Source: Callorhinchus milii
Lineage: Eukaryota
Length of the DNA stretch: 64,000 bases
NCBI RefSeq assembly: GCF_018977255.1
Contig: NW_024704742.1
Coordinates: 21,516,001-21,580,000 of the forward strand
Direction of reading: 5' to 3'
This document shows, piece by piece, positions 24,051 through 37,380 of the stretch. Under the pieces are notes generated by a model. The model saw only the letters and a program-made list of their open reading frames with translations, was not told where the DNA came from and searched no databases. A program made the position numbers and the translations under genes. Numbering within the stretch: position 1 is the first letter of the stretch; each line of letters begins with the position of its first letter.

Positions 24051-25487
24051 AGGTAATTATTTTCATTGGTGAAATAGTTTTTGATCACTCCTATTACTGT
24101 ATCACTATCAGCCCATATTTGTTCCAGGCACAAACATTCGCAGTTCCTTTCTAAAATCCTCTGATACTATAAGATAAAAGCGGCTTCAATGGAGCTTTAT
24201 TCCAACAGCAGCAATTGCTGTGGAGTGGTATGAGCTGGCATCACCAAACTCTAGTCTCACTCCATATTGAGGTCTGTGGAGGGCTCCAGTGAGTGACATT
24301 TCTGAAGCCCAGAATTTCACTTGGTCTTAACCTTGAGGCCGCTGTCTTAAAAATGAATTTGTCTTTAAGATCAAGTTGAATTTTACAAAATGTCTCTGAA
24401 AGCTTAACAGTGACGGAGCCTAACACCGAGCTGGGGGAAGGGAACAGGTGACAGTAGCCCGATCGAAGAGGAATCACTGAATTGATGCAACAAATGTTTT
24501 TGAGTCTTGTCAGAACAGTCACGATCTGCACCCACACAAAAAGCACCCACATGGCCTTCGGGCCTTTAAGGCGTTCTCCTCCATTCCAGAAACAACAATG
24601 CTTTTCAGTCAAATGAGATAATAGTCAAGCTTTTATCTAACATGAGTCTAGACGTAGCTTGGTTCAGACAAGTGGCTCTTAGAACAGTAGAGGCTATGGA
24701 GGTATTTGCACCAGTTTTCTTGCCTGCCCCATTTCCAGGAACTGATACTGTCATTTAATTGACCTGTCAGATGGACAGACAGTGGAGGCACTTGTTGTTG
24801 TTTGTTCCCTCTCTCACCTACCTTGTGTGATCCTACCCCTTAATAAAGTGATCGTAATGCTCTGTGGAGTTTAAAATGCTCCAAAGCAAAAGCACAAACC
24901 AAACTGAAATTAGAAATTGAGCAAACCTTCATAGTCATTCTGAGTTTCCCTTTATTCAGAGTTCAAACAAAATGTTGGAAACCAAAAGGCTGGCAAAAAA
25001 AGAAACACAGACTTTTTGTTTAGTGGGTAAGGAATATTGAGTCGCAAACGAAAAAAAAGGAAAGAAAAACGGCAAATTTATTTAGTTGTGCTCTTGTGAA
25101 AGAATGACAAAGAGCAAAACACAACGGAAAAATTAGCATTAAGCTCCACTTCAAGTTAGTATAGTTTTAATCAAGTCCATTCACTTGCGCAGAAATGCTG
25201 AGATAGTCTTGCCTCCACAGCATCCTTTTCCTGTCTCACTGGAGAGTAAGGGAAAGAAAGAGTAAACAAAACAGTACTAAATTATACTGACAGTAAATGC
25301 CACTGGAAACTGAGTCCAATATACAAGAAGAAAATTCCTCCCATTTAATTTCAAAAACGCCTACATTTCAGATACCATCAAGGCCATTCACACCATGCAC
25401 TCATATGAAGGATTTCTTCTACAAGCAGATAAGCTTTTATGCATCAACTAAACTTCACCAACTTCTATATTGGTCATATCAATTATG

Positions 25488-25640
25488 TGTTTGATGGTCA
25501 GTCTGGTCTCTGTGGTTGATGGTCAGTCTGGTCTTTGTGGTTGATGGTCAGTCTGGTCTATGTGTGGTTGATGGTCAGTCTGGTCTCTGTGTGGTTGATG
25601 CTCAGTCTGGTATCCCATTGCTGTTGATGGTCAGCCTAGT
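25488..25640. repeat. Minisatellite, 25-27-bp unit (gttgatggtcagtctggtctctgtg), ~6 copies
   Basis: Directly visible head-to-tail units with no unique spacers. Confidence 0.9.
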
Positions 25641-27562
25641 CTGTTAGTCGGTGTTAGCAGCAGACTCCCTGCACTGCGGTAGACCAGCTTGTGCATGGCT
25701 GTTTTTTTTTCCCATTGGCTCCTTTTTCAAAATGCTTCCAGACATCTGATGTAGCTGATTATTTCTGAATCACACATTTCTGACACACATAGGCTTGTCT
25801 GGTTTTAATAAAAGTCAGCAAACATCAATATTCACATAATTTTTGTGATGGGCCATAATCAGAGCATTTTCATTGATAAAAAATTTCCAGAAACATAAAG
25901 AATTCAAAAAATTACTTACGGCTCCTGCCCACGCTGCTCGCTCTACCCCACCATTGGTGGGCAAGTCTTCAGTCTCTGCTTTCCTCTCTAGAACTCCATC
26001 ACAGAGACCCTCCGCCTTGTTCTTTCCCTTTCCATCTTCAAACCACTTTAGAAATGTATCTATTCAATCATGCTTTCAAACATCTGTCCTCTACCTTCCC
26101 AATAAGCTCACCCCTCTCAACTTGGATTACCAGTGAATTATGTGAAACACCTGCATAAATATGATATAAGCAAACCTTCATATACTGTATGTGAAAAAAT
26201 CAGATAATTTGTGCATTTTACCTAACATGTCTTTAGTTTTTTTAACACTTTAATGAGTGAGTAATTGGTCGCTCACTACATGTGTGTTTGTGGGACATTG
26301 CTGTGCATGCTCACAAAATACACTTTACAGTATATCCTGTGAAGCACTTTGAGGCTCCCCCTATGACATGAAAGACATCATATCAAATGCAAGGATTATT
26401 ATTACTTCAGTCAAAAATAATAGCAGATATTCAATATTTTTAATACTACCTACCTACTTTTTCTTAAAGGAATATGTTTATTTCTACACAGTTAAAATTG
26501 AATAGCTATAATATCCAAACTAGATTTAAGGGCTCCAGCACGCTACCCTGCATGAAGGGCGCTATATGAATCCAAGTTGTTGTTGTTAACTGAGAATTCT
26601 ACCTACACAAGAAAATTTCCCTGTGTCCAGAATTGCATATCCACCTGGCTCAGGAACCAGACTATCGAGAATGCCACAGAGAGTTGACTTGAATCCAACC
26701 TTCCATTATTAAGCATGCTACCTCGGAGCCAACTCCGCCCCAAGGAAATCTTGCGTACCTTCTCCCCTTACACACACCCTCCAAAACCCAGAGCAAATCG
26801 AGCACAAGCAGATAATCTTAAAAGGAAACCGTGGTTTGATGATCAGATAAATGACAACATGTTTTTATAGAGTATCTTTCACATCTCAAAGTGTTTGATT
26901 TAGTTAAAATTTAGATTTAAAATTAAAATTTAAGATTCAGAGATTAAAATTTCCAGCATTTCTAAATGCATTCCATTCCTTATTTATAAAACACCTTTGG
27001 GAGCAATGAAACCAGGAAATCTCAGTGCCACAAAGGTAAACTGTGAAAGAAAGGCAGTGGAGGAGAATGGAGTGGTCAACAATGTGGGAGACAGATGAGA
27101 GGTCACAGAGAAGAAATTATTCCTCACTATGAGCTTTCTATCCTTATTCACTGCAGGATATAAACTACATTCATTTTGTGCAAATTGATCATCTCCAACT
27201 GCTTATTGTTAAAAGAAAAACAGCTTCAATTCAAGAAGAGGAGACGTCAACTGAAACATGCACTGCTGTTGGTGCCTGTAATCTTTTAATCTTAATAAAG
27301 TGAAATTAATTTTTTTCCAAAAGTATTTACAGCCTCAGTGTGTGCCAAATAGTCTTTGCACGAATATTTTCCCATTTACAGTATGTTGGCATGAAACACA
27401 GGGAAATTAATTGAGTGAATGCAATCCATGCTGAGTGCACAGTAAGCATACCACCCACGACCATGGCTTCAGCTCAGCAGGTTTTATCCTTTCATCTGTG
27501 CTTGGAGTGACGGAGCCGCCTGTGAGGTTCCAGTGCACAGTTTCAGTGATTGCTCAAAATGG

Positions 27563-27681
27563 GGCTGAATCTTGTTACTTTTGAGAGCTCACTAATTGTA
27601 GCCATTTGTTGTTCATAGGCTTTAATTCAGTAACAATCAGTGAGGCATTGTAAATAACTGCAAGGGGCCGCAGATTCAGCC
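27563..27681. mobile_element. Possible small MITE with terminal inverted repeats
   Basis: ggctgaatct (27563-27572) and agattcagcc (27672-27681) form a perfect 10-bp inverted pair. Confidence 0.35.
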
Positions 27682-27737
27682 GTACATATATACAAAGGGA
27701 GGTCTTGAACCTGCCCGAGCTTGGTAAAAGTGATACA

Positions 27738-28020
27738 AGTGATTCCACACCAACAGCGCTAGCAATGATTTCACACTCACAGGCAGTAATAATTTCACAT
27801 TAACAGTGCTAGCAGTAATATCAGACACACAGTGTGGCCGGTGATTTCACATTAACCCTGATCGGAATTGATTTCATGCTCAAAGTGCTCACAATAATTT
27901 TAGATTGACAGTGTTAGCAGTGATTTAGCCTTAACCGTGATTTCACATTAACAGTGGGAGAAGTGATTTCACACTGACGATGTTTTCACACCAACAATAC
28001 GAGCAGTGATTTTACACTAA
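27738..28020. repeat. Degenerate minisatellite, ~26-bp unit (agtgatttcacattaacagtgctagc), ~11 copies
   Basis: tgatttcaca-like cores recur at roughly 26-bp spacing. Confidence 0.75.
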
Positions 28021-29887
28021 TTTGAAGTTGATGTTGAGTGTTCTAAAGCTTTTTCTGCTAAAATATTGGTTGCAGTGAAAACTGGACAGGAATCTGAATT
28101 CCAAAACATAAAACTAAATATATTTTGCTGCTTAACTGAACATTCATAGCAACATTGTGAAGAGCTTTAACATATACACTGTATAAAAGAAACAACAGAA
28201 AAATGTGGACCAGCCTCCAGGATTTTTATTTCAGACTCCAAAAATTTCAAAAGAATCTAAATACAGACATAAAATGGGCTTAAATCAAGCTTTCCATTTA
28301 CACAATGAGGTGCAATATCAAAGGTCAAGATTATTATTATTATATTTACACATATATCTACAGGTGTTGGGAAACATTAAAGCTGTGACCAAGCAGTGTT
28401 TGCTATTGCATTTCAATAGATAACAACTTGCATTTATATAGCGCCCTTCATGCCGGACAGCATCTCAGAGCATCTGGGAGCGCTAGATGCTTCAGCAACA
28501 TTGTAAATATTGCAAACCTCAGGCAAAACTCCCTTGAAAATCTTTGCTCTGAGGAGTCAACCACAATTGGGGATCTATCGTGCAGCGATTTCTTATTGGA
28601 TTGCTTAATCAGAAATGTGAGTGAGGACTCCTTCCAATAGCCAGAAATAGATCATACGTGCCACAACATCCCACGTGAACTCTGCTCCAAAAATAGATCA
28701 CATGAGAGAGACTCGTTGAAATGTACTTCTGGTTATCCTTATTGAACAATCCTGTTCGAAATTGCCACATATTACATCTCGCACTACATAATTGTGAATT
28801 CCTTACACTGTACAGCATTTGTAAGTGTGCAAGCCCAAGATTTTAAACCCAAGGACCCTGTTTAACTATTTATCAACTATTATTTATTAACTAACACCCA
28901 GCTCAAGTGCCCAGTCAGTACTGTTAATCACTTGGGATGTCCTCCTGACATGAAAGGTGCTATATTAATGTAAATTTGTGTTGTATTGTATTGTAACTAT
29001 GCTTAATAAAGAAATACAGGCGTCTGAGGGTATTCTCTTTAAGAATAAGAATTGGAATTGGTTTCATATTGAATTAAACAGAATTGAAGATAAACACTTT
29101 GTGTTATGAAATGGATGTCCAATATCAAAGCTCCAAAATGTAATACAATTAGGAATGTCCTATCACAGTCTCATACTTCAATGTGTTTTGCACCACCTGA
29201 AATTGCACACTTCTTTTTTCCAACCTGACAAAAGTAAACTGCACTGATCACATTTAAGCTGTGATCGAGAAACATAAAGGGAGCTGAAAAGACAGTAAAA
29301 AGCCTTTTTGTGTCATCGGGTGAAGAGAATTATTTTTCCACACAAAAAAGGACATGAATTATTATTTTAGAGAATCACAATAATCAACAACAACAAATCA
29401 CACTTGGAAAAACGTTCCAACGCGCTGGACTGTCAGGGTTTTTTGGAACCGAGCTGGGAATAGGGGTCAGGAGGGGTGGAGGGCAGAGGGGGTAGGGCTG
29501 GGAGGGAAGCGTTTTCAAATGATTGCCTTAAATTAAAATGTTTATGCTGTTGTTTGTTCTAAAGACAACATCTGTCAAATCCTTAGCATTGTGGTGTTAA
29601 CGCCACAGGCCTCAGAGGGTTAATGTTGCTGAGTGTTACTTCATTATGCCTGTTTAGACATATGGCTAGGAAATGACCCATGGGAAGAAAAATACACAGA
29701 TTTACTCTGCAGTACGTACTAAAATAATCCAAAAGTGAGCGCACTAACACATGCCATATTTCACATGTTGCTGACATCTTCTGAAAATCCTGAGACAGCT
29801 GCACAGAGAAAAAATCTGCATTACATTTTAGAGCCCAGTCATATCAGGAAGTTTTGCTGCTTGCAAATTAAAAATTACCATTAGGTG

Positions 29888-30362
29888 TCAGTCTGGCTCA
29901 GTTGGTAACACTCTGACCTCTAAGTAAGAAGGTTGTGGGACCCAACATTGGGTCTTCAAGCTCATATAGTCTAGGCTGACATTTCACCTCTTTGTTGGAA
30001 GCGCCGCCCTACAGAGGAGACATTAAACCAAAGTTGTGTCTGCCTGTTCGGGTTCAGACCTCTCCTGTTACCACTCTATAGCTGGCTGTGAAAAGATATG
30101 CAAGATCAGCAAGGTGGATGTTAAAGATCCTCTGGCACTCTTCAAAAAATAGAAGGGAGTTTCTCCTGGTGTCCTGGCCAATAATCTCCCAAATAAAACT
30201 GATCATTCACTTCATGACTGTTTGTGGGACATTACTATACACAAATTGGCTGCCATGTCCGCCCACAAAATACACAGTCACTACTTTACTGCATATCCTG
30301 TGAAGTGTCCTCCGAATGTTGAAGGCGGTATATCAAATGCATAGGTTAATGATATTATTATT
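29888..30362 (+). mobile_element. Older DeuSINE (SacSINE1-like), near full length
   Basis: Head ctggctcagttggtaacactctgacctctaagtaagaaggttgtggg, Deu core gactgtttgtgggacatt...aaattggctgcc, and an L2-like tail. Confidence 0.75.
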
Positions 30363-31975
30363 ATCACCATTGATGACGATTTGAAGCAGAGATTTTTGAT
30401 TTCATACTCTCACCACACCAGGCACTTTGCAAAGTGAGAAAGGTAAGCGAAAAGCCTGCTCGCAAGCCTCTGCTGAGAACCACTCTGTAGCTGGCTACAA
30501 AGAGCTGTGTACGATCAGCCTGTGGTAACTGAACCTCTGATAGTTATTTCTTTTCTGGGGAAACACCTGAGACACAAAATACTACCTAGTCTTCAGCTGC
30601 CAGATTGCTTTGTTTCAAAATGTAAGACTGCACAGAATTGTGGGCAATTCTTATACCCAAGCTTAATGTGGAAGCTGTTTTTCCGCAGTTCTTTAAAAGA
30701 ACTTGCTTCCTAATAAAATTTGAATTTAAGAATTTTCCACAATTCCTCACTATCTTAAATGTTAAGACTCAATTGGGTTGAAATTCTGGTCAGCGTAATG
30801 CCTTTGGCAATAGTGATTCCCTAATAGGATTCCCCCACTAAAATTGTACATCACTAAATGTAAGTAAGTAGTGCACACTTGAATTTAGTCCAAGTTGTCG
30901 TGTTGGAATTTCAGGCATCTGGCATCTATTCTGTGTTAAGCATACAATAAAAAATTATATTTGTGTAGCGCCTTTCACATTGGGAGGATGTCCCAAGGTG
31001 CTAGACAATCAGGAACTGGACCCATTTGGGGTGGCACAGGGATGGGATCAGGGATGGTGGAGGGTAGGAAGGTGGCCAAAGGCAGGGTGAAAGAGGAGGA
31101 TCTTGAGTCGTGCCTTGATGGAGGCACGTCTCATTGCCTCCTTATAATGCCATAGCTGAGATCAGGAACTCGGCAAGGTGGAGGATACTGAGAGGGTAGG
31201 ATACCTGCTACATGCTACTACTGCTGGTTCAATAGAAAAGGTGCCAGCAGTCAGCCCACAATCCTCGAATAACCATAAATGGCGCGTGATTAGCAATATC
31301 AACTATAGTGCTTCAAAATGATGAGATGTATAGATGACATGGATATGAAGAGAACATTTGATTTGGATATGAGAGTAGAACAAAAGAATATAGGTTTGAA
31401 ATTAATAAGCAAGAAAGTAAAAACAGAGATTATAGTAATCTCTCCTCTATGGTTATGAGAAACAAGCTGTGTATTCTTTATTATTTTGTATTAATTGGCT
31501 TCAGTTAATAACAATCTCAAATCAGAAAGCAAGTAGTCAAAATACTCCACACTATCTAACATAAGAGGTACATTTAGCTGTAATCTATACTAATATTGCT
31601 ATTATGTGAAGGGCTTTGAGATATCATCCCAATGTGAAAGGTGCTCTACCAAACACAAGGGTTATTATTATTATTATTGTTATTAATGGTGTTATTTTAA
31701 GTCTCAGCCTGGCTCAGTTAGTAGCACTCGCACCTCTGAGCTTCACTTTGGACTTATTTATATACTTTTTGGGATTCTAATACAGAGTTAGTTTTGAAAA
31801 GTAAACACATCATATAGTAATCATATAGAGTGTGTTCAGTACATGGCTAATAGCTACTCAGTCAAATCTTAGATCTATATGGTATCGGAATACAGGATGT
31901 AAGCATTTTGTGGTGTCTTGGCGACGTGCTAAGGCGCTATATCAAATGCAAGGAATATTATTATTATAAGGTTAT

Positions 31976-32284
31976 AATAATAATAATCCTTGCATTTGAT
32001 ATAGTGCTTTTCACATCTTCTAGACGTCTCAAAGCGCTTCACAGAATATGCTGTAAATTGAATTGACTGTATATTTGTGGGCGAAACGCGGCAGCCAATT
32101 GCGCACAGCAGTGTCCCACAAACAGTCGTGGATTGAAAATCACCAATTTATTATTGTTTTGGAGGGATTATTATTAGGTGTGTGGAGTAAGGAAACTTGC
32201 CCAAGGTTTCGCCCTGCCTGGAATTGATCCCAGGTGTCTCGCTTGCAAAGCGAGTGCTCTAACCACTGAGCTACAGGACTCCAC
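31976..32284 (-). mobile_element. tRNA-Ala-derived SINE, short variant, full length
   Basis: Reverse complement of the 18279-18597 family from head to (taa)n tail. Confidence 0.95.
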
Positions 32285-33154
32285 GTTCCACAGGGAATGA
32301 AACTCAATCAATTCTTTCTCCCAAAGCCTGACTCTAACTAATTTTTTAAAATAAATTAGCAGAACTGAAATTCAACCAAGTATTATCTTGTAAGACCATA
32401 TTGCCTTAAAATTTACAATTGCATAGGATTGTGGAACTTCTTAAATTTTAGTCTTAATCTGAAAGCTGGTTCTTTCTAAGAACTGCAGCAAAGTGTCTGA
32501 ATTTAAATTTTTCCCTAATTCTTCATAATCTTACATTTTAAGATGGATTTATAGACTAATACTTCAGTGTAATTTTAGGCCTACATTTGATGTTTTTCAT
32601 GCTTATTTAGCAAAGGGATATTGGGTTTGGTGAAGGCTGCATTTATCCACATTGGACACCCATTGCTGTTATGATCAAGTACACTCATGCCAATGCAGCA
32701 TGGAGCAAGGCAGAGTTCACTGTTTTATGCCACATCAATGTGTCCTAACTCCAGGCTCAGAATAATACCATATACTGCTGTGAATGCTTTCATTTGTCTC
32801 CTTTGACCAAGGAGATTCACAATTTGTTGCAATTTGACTAAATCATGGATGCTGTAAACTCATATCCAAACACGATTGAAGCTGTTTGAATTAATTTCAC
32901 TTAAGACTCTTACAAACAATGTAAGACATGAGTCACACCTGGACTAGATTGAACCCTAGAGACCAGAAGTCAATGTTATAAAATTGGTTGAGGTATTTAA
33001 AAGTGATATATTATATCAATAATTGGGAAGCAACTGTGTTAAAAATAATTCTTGTATTTGATATAGCACCTTATCCAATCATCACAATGTCTCAAAGTGC
33101 TTCACATGAATTATTGTAAACAACAGCAAAAACAAAACAACAAAATTACATTTA

Positions 33155-33774
33155 TAATAATCTTTGCATTTGATATAGCGCTTTTCACATCTTTGAGACG
33201 TCTATTCACAGAATAGACTGTAAAGTGAATTGACTGTATATTTGTGGGAGAAACGTGACAGCCAATTGCACACAGCAGCATCCCATAAACAGTCGTGGAT
33301 TGAAGTGACCAATTTTATTATTTTTTTGAGGGATTATTATTATGTATGTGAGTCCTGTAGCTCAGTGGTTAGAGCACTCGCTTTGCAAGCGAGAGACCTG
33401 AGTTCAATTCCAGGCAGGGCGAAACCTTGGGCAAGTTTCCTTACTCCATATGCCTAATAATAATCCCTCCAAAACAAAACAATATTAAATTGGTCATTTC
33501 AATCTACGACTGTTTGTGGGACATTGCTGTGCGCAATTGGCTGCCGCGTTCGCCCACAAATGTACAGTCAATTCACTTTACAGTGTGTTCTGTGAAGCGC
33601 TTTGGGACGTCCTCCCGACGTGAAAAGCGCTATATCAAATGCAAGGATTATTATTATTATTATTATTATTATGTGGAGTAAGGAAACTTGCCCAAGGTTT
33701 CGCCCTGCTGGGAATCGAACCCAGGTCTCTCGCTTGCAAAGCATGTGCTCTAACCACTTAGCTACAGGACTCCA
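33155..33774 (-). mobile_element. tRNA-Ala SINE split into 33155-33343 and 33672-33774 by another SINE
   Basis: The two halves join into one family consensus. Confidence 0.85.
33348..33671 (+). mobile_element. tRNA-Ala-derived SINE, short variant (young, nested)
   Basis: Full head, core and long (tta)n tail. Flanked by attattattatgt on both sides. Confidence 0.95.
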
Positions 33775-35192
33775 CAGCGCCTTTCACGTCGGGAGGATTT
33801 CCCAAAGCGCTGAACAGTCAAGTGTCGGGGCCCGAGCATGGGGGAGGGGTGGTGTAGGGGTGAGGGAAGGTGGAGAGGTGGGAGGGAGACCAAAGGCACG
33901 GTCGAAGAGAAGGGTCTTGAGACCGGCCTTGAAGGAGGCAAGGGAGGAACCGAGGTGAAGGGACCATGGGATGGAGTTCCAGAGTGTGGGGGCAAAGAGG
34001 CTGAAAGCCCGGCCACCGATGATAGGGCGGGTCGGGCGGGAGACATGGAGCAGGCCGGAACCCAATGAACGGAGGGAGCGGGCAGGTTGGTAGCGAGTCA
34101 GTAGGTCAGAGAGGTAGGAGGGGGCAAGGCCATGGATGGCCTTAAAGGTGAGGACGAGGATCTGGGAGTGATAGGGTCACAGAGACTGGTGCGTGAGAGC
34201 ACACGAGCTGCAGAGCTTTGGATGATCTGCAGTTTGTGAAGGGAGGAGTTGGGAAGGTCGATGAGGAGGGAGTTCCCATAATTGAGCCTTGATGTGACGA
34301 ATGCGTGGGTGAGGGTTTCGGCAGCCTGGGGGGTGAGGCAGTGGCGGAGTCTGGCAATGTTGCGGAGGTGGCGGTAGGCAGTGCTGGTCATGGCGCGGTT
34401 GTAGGGGAGAAAGGACAGTTCAGGATCAAACAAGACACCCAGGTTCCTGACTGGCTTATGAGGTGACGGGCTTAGTAAAGTGTAGTGACTGTTTTTTTTG
34501 GTAGATGAATGCAGCAGCCAATTTGCGCACAGCCATGACACACAAACAGCTATGAAGTGAATGACAATTCTTTTCTGGGGGATTGTTGGTCAGGATATAA
34601 TCAGAAACTCCCTTCTCTTTTCGAACATTGCAACGGCATTTTTAATGTTTATCTGATCAGGCGGACAGCACCTCAGTTTAACATCTCATCCGAAGCACAA
34701 TGTAATGCTTCCCCTAGTGCTACATTGGCGTATCAGCCTGGACTATGATTTTAAAGTTCCAAAGTGGGGTTTAAGAATATGATGAAAAGACGAAAAATGG
34801 AAAAACAGTTTAAAGGCTAAATAGCTTCCATGAATTAAGGAAAATGCAGATCAGGTTTGATGGGCTGAATAACTTAATTCTGCTCCTATATTCCTGGGCC
34901 AAATAGAACTCTGATATCTGGGTCATCAGTCGTCTTAACAATTATCACCTAATCACGGAGGCACAACACATAGGTCACACTGACATATGTCATTTATATC
35001 CATTTGCAAAAAAAAAGTTTGCAAATGGATAATATGCCAAATCACATCAATTAAGATATTTTTGGAACTCAAGTCGTATTTGATGAGAGGCCACTCTCTT
35101 TTAAAGGCAAAGCTTTTCCTTGTCCACTAGCCTCTCTATGCTGCCATATAAGTTCTTGTCAAAAATAAAATCTGCTCAACATATGTACATAT

Positions 35193-35480
35193 TAATAATA
35201 ATCCTTGCAGTTGATATAGCGCTTTTCACGTCTCAAAGTGCTTCACAGAATATACTGTAAAGCGAATTGACTGTATATTTGTGGGCAAAACGCGACAGCT
35301 AATTGCACACAGCAGTGTCCCACAAACAGTCATGGATTGAAGTGACCAATTTATTATTGTTTTTTTCCTTGAGGGATTATTATTAGGCGTATGGAGTAAG
35401 GAAACTTGCCCAAGGAAACTGCTGGGAATCAAACCCAGGTCTCTGGCTTGAGAGGCGAGTGCTCTAACCACTGAGCTACA
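35193..35480 (-). mobile_element. tRNA-Ala-derived SINE
   Basis: Family match from tail to ctctaaccactgagctaca. Confidence 0.85.
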
Positions 35481-35679
35481 TATTTTAAATAACCTCGAGT
35501 TTTCAAATATTTTATATCATCTGTTTAAAATTTTGGCACAAATGTTGCAATGCCCAGTTGCAGGTTTAGGTTATACAAAGACTCAGCAAATATTCTTGAA
35601 TAAAATTAAATGGCTCTGTATATGCTCCAAAAACACCTTTGTTTATTACACACAACAAAGTTAAATATACAGCAGTTTG

Positions 35680-36008
35680 GTATCAACCTAGGTCAGTTGG
35701 TAACACTCTGGTCTCTGAGACAGAAGGTTGTGATTCAACCTTACAGTCTCGGTTGACTCTCCAGCGCTGTGTTAAGGGAGCGCTGAATTGTTGGGGATGC
35801 TGTCCTTTAGATGAGACATTTATACCAATGTCCCACTCTGCCCATTCCGGTGGACATTAAAGATCCAATGTATATTGCTGTGCAGAAATTGGCTGCTGTG
35901 TTTGACTACAAAACCCATAGTCATATTCTTTGTAGCAGATTCTGTAAAGTGCTTTATGACATCCTCCCAACATGAAGAGTGCGATATCAAATATAAGGAT
36001 TATTATTT
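35680..36008 (+). mobile_element. Older DeuSINE (SacSINE1-like)
   Basis: cagttggtaacactctggtctctgagacagaaggttgtg head and gaaattggctgc core. Confidence 0.6.
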
Positions 36009-37132
36009 CATAACGGGTGTTTACAAGAGTGAAATTTGCCTGTTGTTTGTTTTGCTGGTCCACTGGTAACTGAAAATAAAATGAATCAGAGTGGTGTTCC
36101 TGTAAATTCGATGTGATCAAGCTAGGGTTTTGTTTTTAATATGAGCCGGGTGTCTGACACACACGGAAACCCATCGCCCTGTTTAAGAGTATACAAACCA
36201 GCCCGAGAATTCCATCATGCCACCAGAGAAATTTACCTGTATCTGGAATGGAATACTCAATCTCTCCCCAGAGGAACGCACCCCTCCTTACCTAATTCCA
36301 GAGAATATTGCGACAACCACACCTTGCATTTCTATGCATCTTTCATGTGGGATAACGACTTAGGACCTGGTTGAATGACAATCACAGGAGAAGGCTGAGG
36401 GAGAAGTAACCATCTTCACAGAGATAGGTCTTCGGGTGGGATTAAAGATAGATAAAGAAGGAGAGAGGTGGAGGAATTAAGGCAGGGAGTTCCAGAGGTT
36501 ACCACCGATGGTGACTTAGAGGGGTTGGGGTCATGCAGCAAGCCTGTGTTAGGTGAGTGAAGGAGGCGGGCAGAGGAGCGGTAGGGAGATGCTAGGGTGT
36601 GAAGAGATTTGTAGACGTGAGGGTGAGGATTTTGAAGTTGATCCATTCAGAGTCAACACAGATTGGTCAATGCCTAAAGCTTGGGGTTCCCAGAGCCCCA
36701 GAGTGTGCATTGGGATACTGCTGCAGTCTAACCAGCTAAATCCACATAGCTTGCCATTGAGAGCACTGCCTGGCAAGCATTCCCACTCCGTGTCCAGTTT
36801 GGACCACTGGAGAGGGAAAGGCAACATTTGAGTAGAGAAAACACTGGAACTAGAGAAGAGTCAAATTCTTCTTAGGAAAAAGATGACTCAGTGATTGATA
36901 AATCCTGGCATAAATAAGAGTGCTTCTATTTTACTGCTCAGCTCAAGGAAATACGATAGCGTACAGAGCATTCTGGTTAACAATGTGTTTGATTTGCTGA
37001 ATGGCCTGCCAAACCACAGAATGAATGAAGAATTGTTCAGCACTCTTCGAATATCCCACACATCTCATTCTCAGTGGACTCTTACATACAGACAAAAAAA
37101 TGTCTGGTAGTTGTGCATGATAGTTATGTTAT

Positions 37133-37380
37133 GTGGAGACCTGTAGCTCAATGGTTAGAGCAAGCGAGAGACCTGGGTTCAATTCCTGGCAGGGACAAAT
37201 GTTGGGCAAGTTTCCTTGCTCCACAGACTCCTGTTTACCTAGCAATAAGTAGGAATTCAGTTGTTAGTCGATTGGCAGATCGCTTTTCTGGGGGTAATAA
37301 TTCGTTCAAAAATAAAACAATAGAATAATAATTTGGTCACTCATTCCAAGACAGCTTGTGGGATACTGAAGTGCACAATT
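37133..37380 (+). mobile_element. tRNA-Ala-derived SINE, long variant, partial
   Basis: gtggagacctgtagctcaatggttagagc head and the long internal segment. Confidence 0.8.

Larger units (their letters stand above)
33120..34460 (-). mobile_element. L2 LINE 3' fragment with nested SINEs in its tail
   Basis: ORF 34098..34541 reads VRNLGVLFDPELSF...LRNIARLR...HAFVTSRLNYGNSLL, and ORF 33784..34065 reads GGRAFS..APTLWNSIP..FKAGLKTLLF. Both are typical L2 ORF2 C-terminal motifs. Confidence 0.9.

Noticed and set aside
25488..25640. Repeat array as CRISPR
   Set aside because: Units are contiguous with no unique spacers, the context is eukaryotic, and there are no cas genes.
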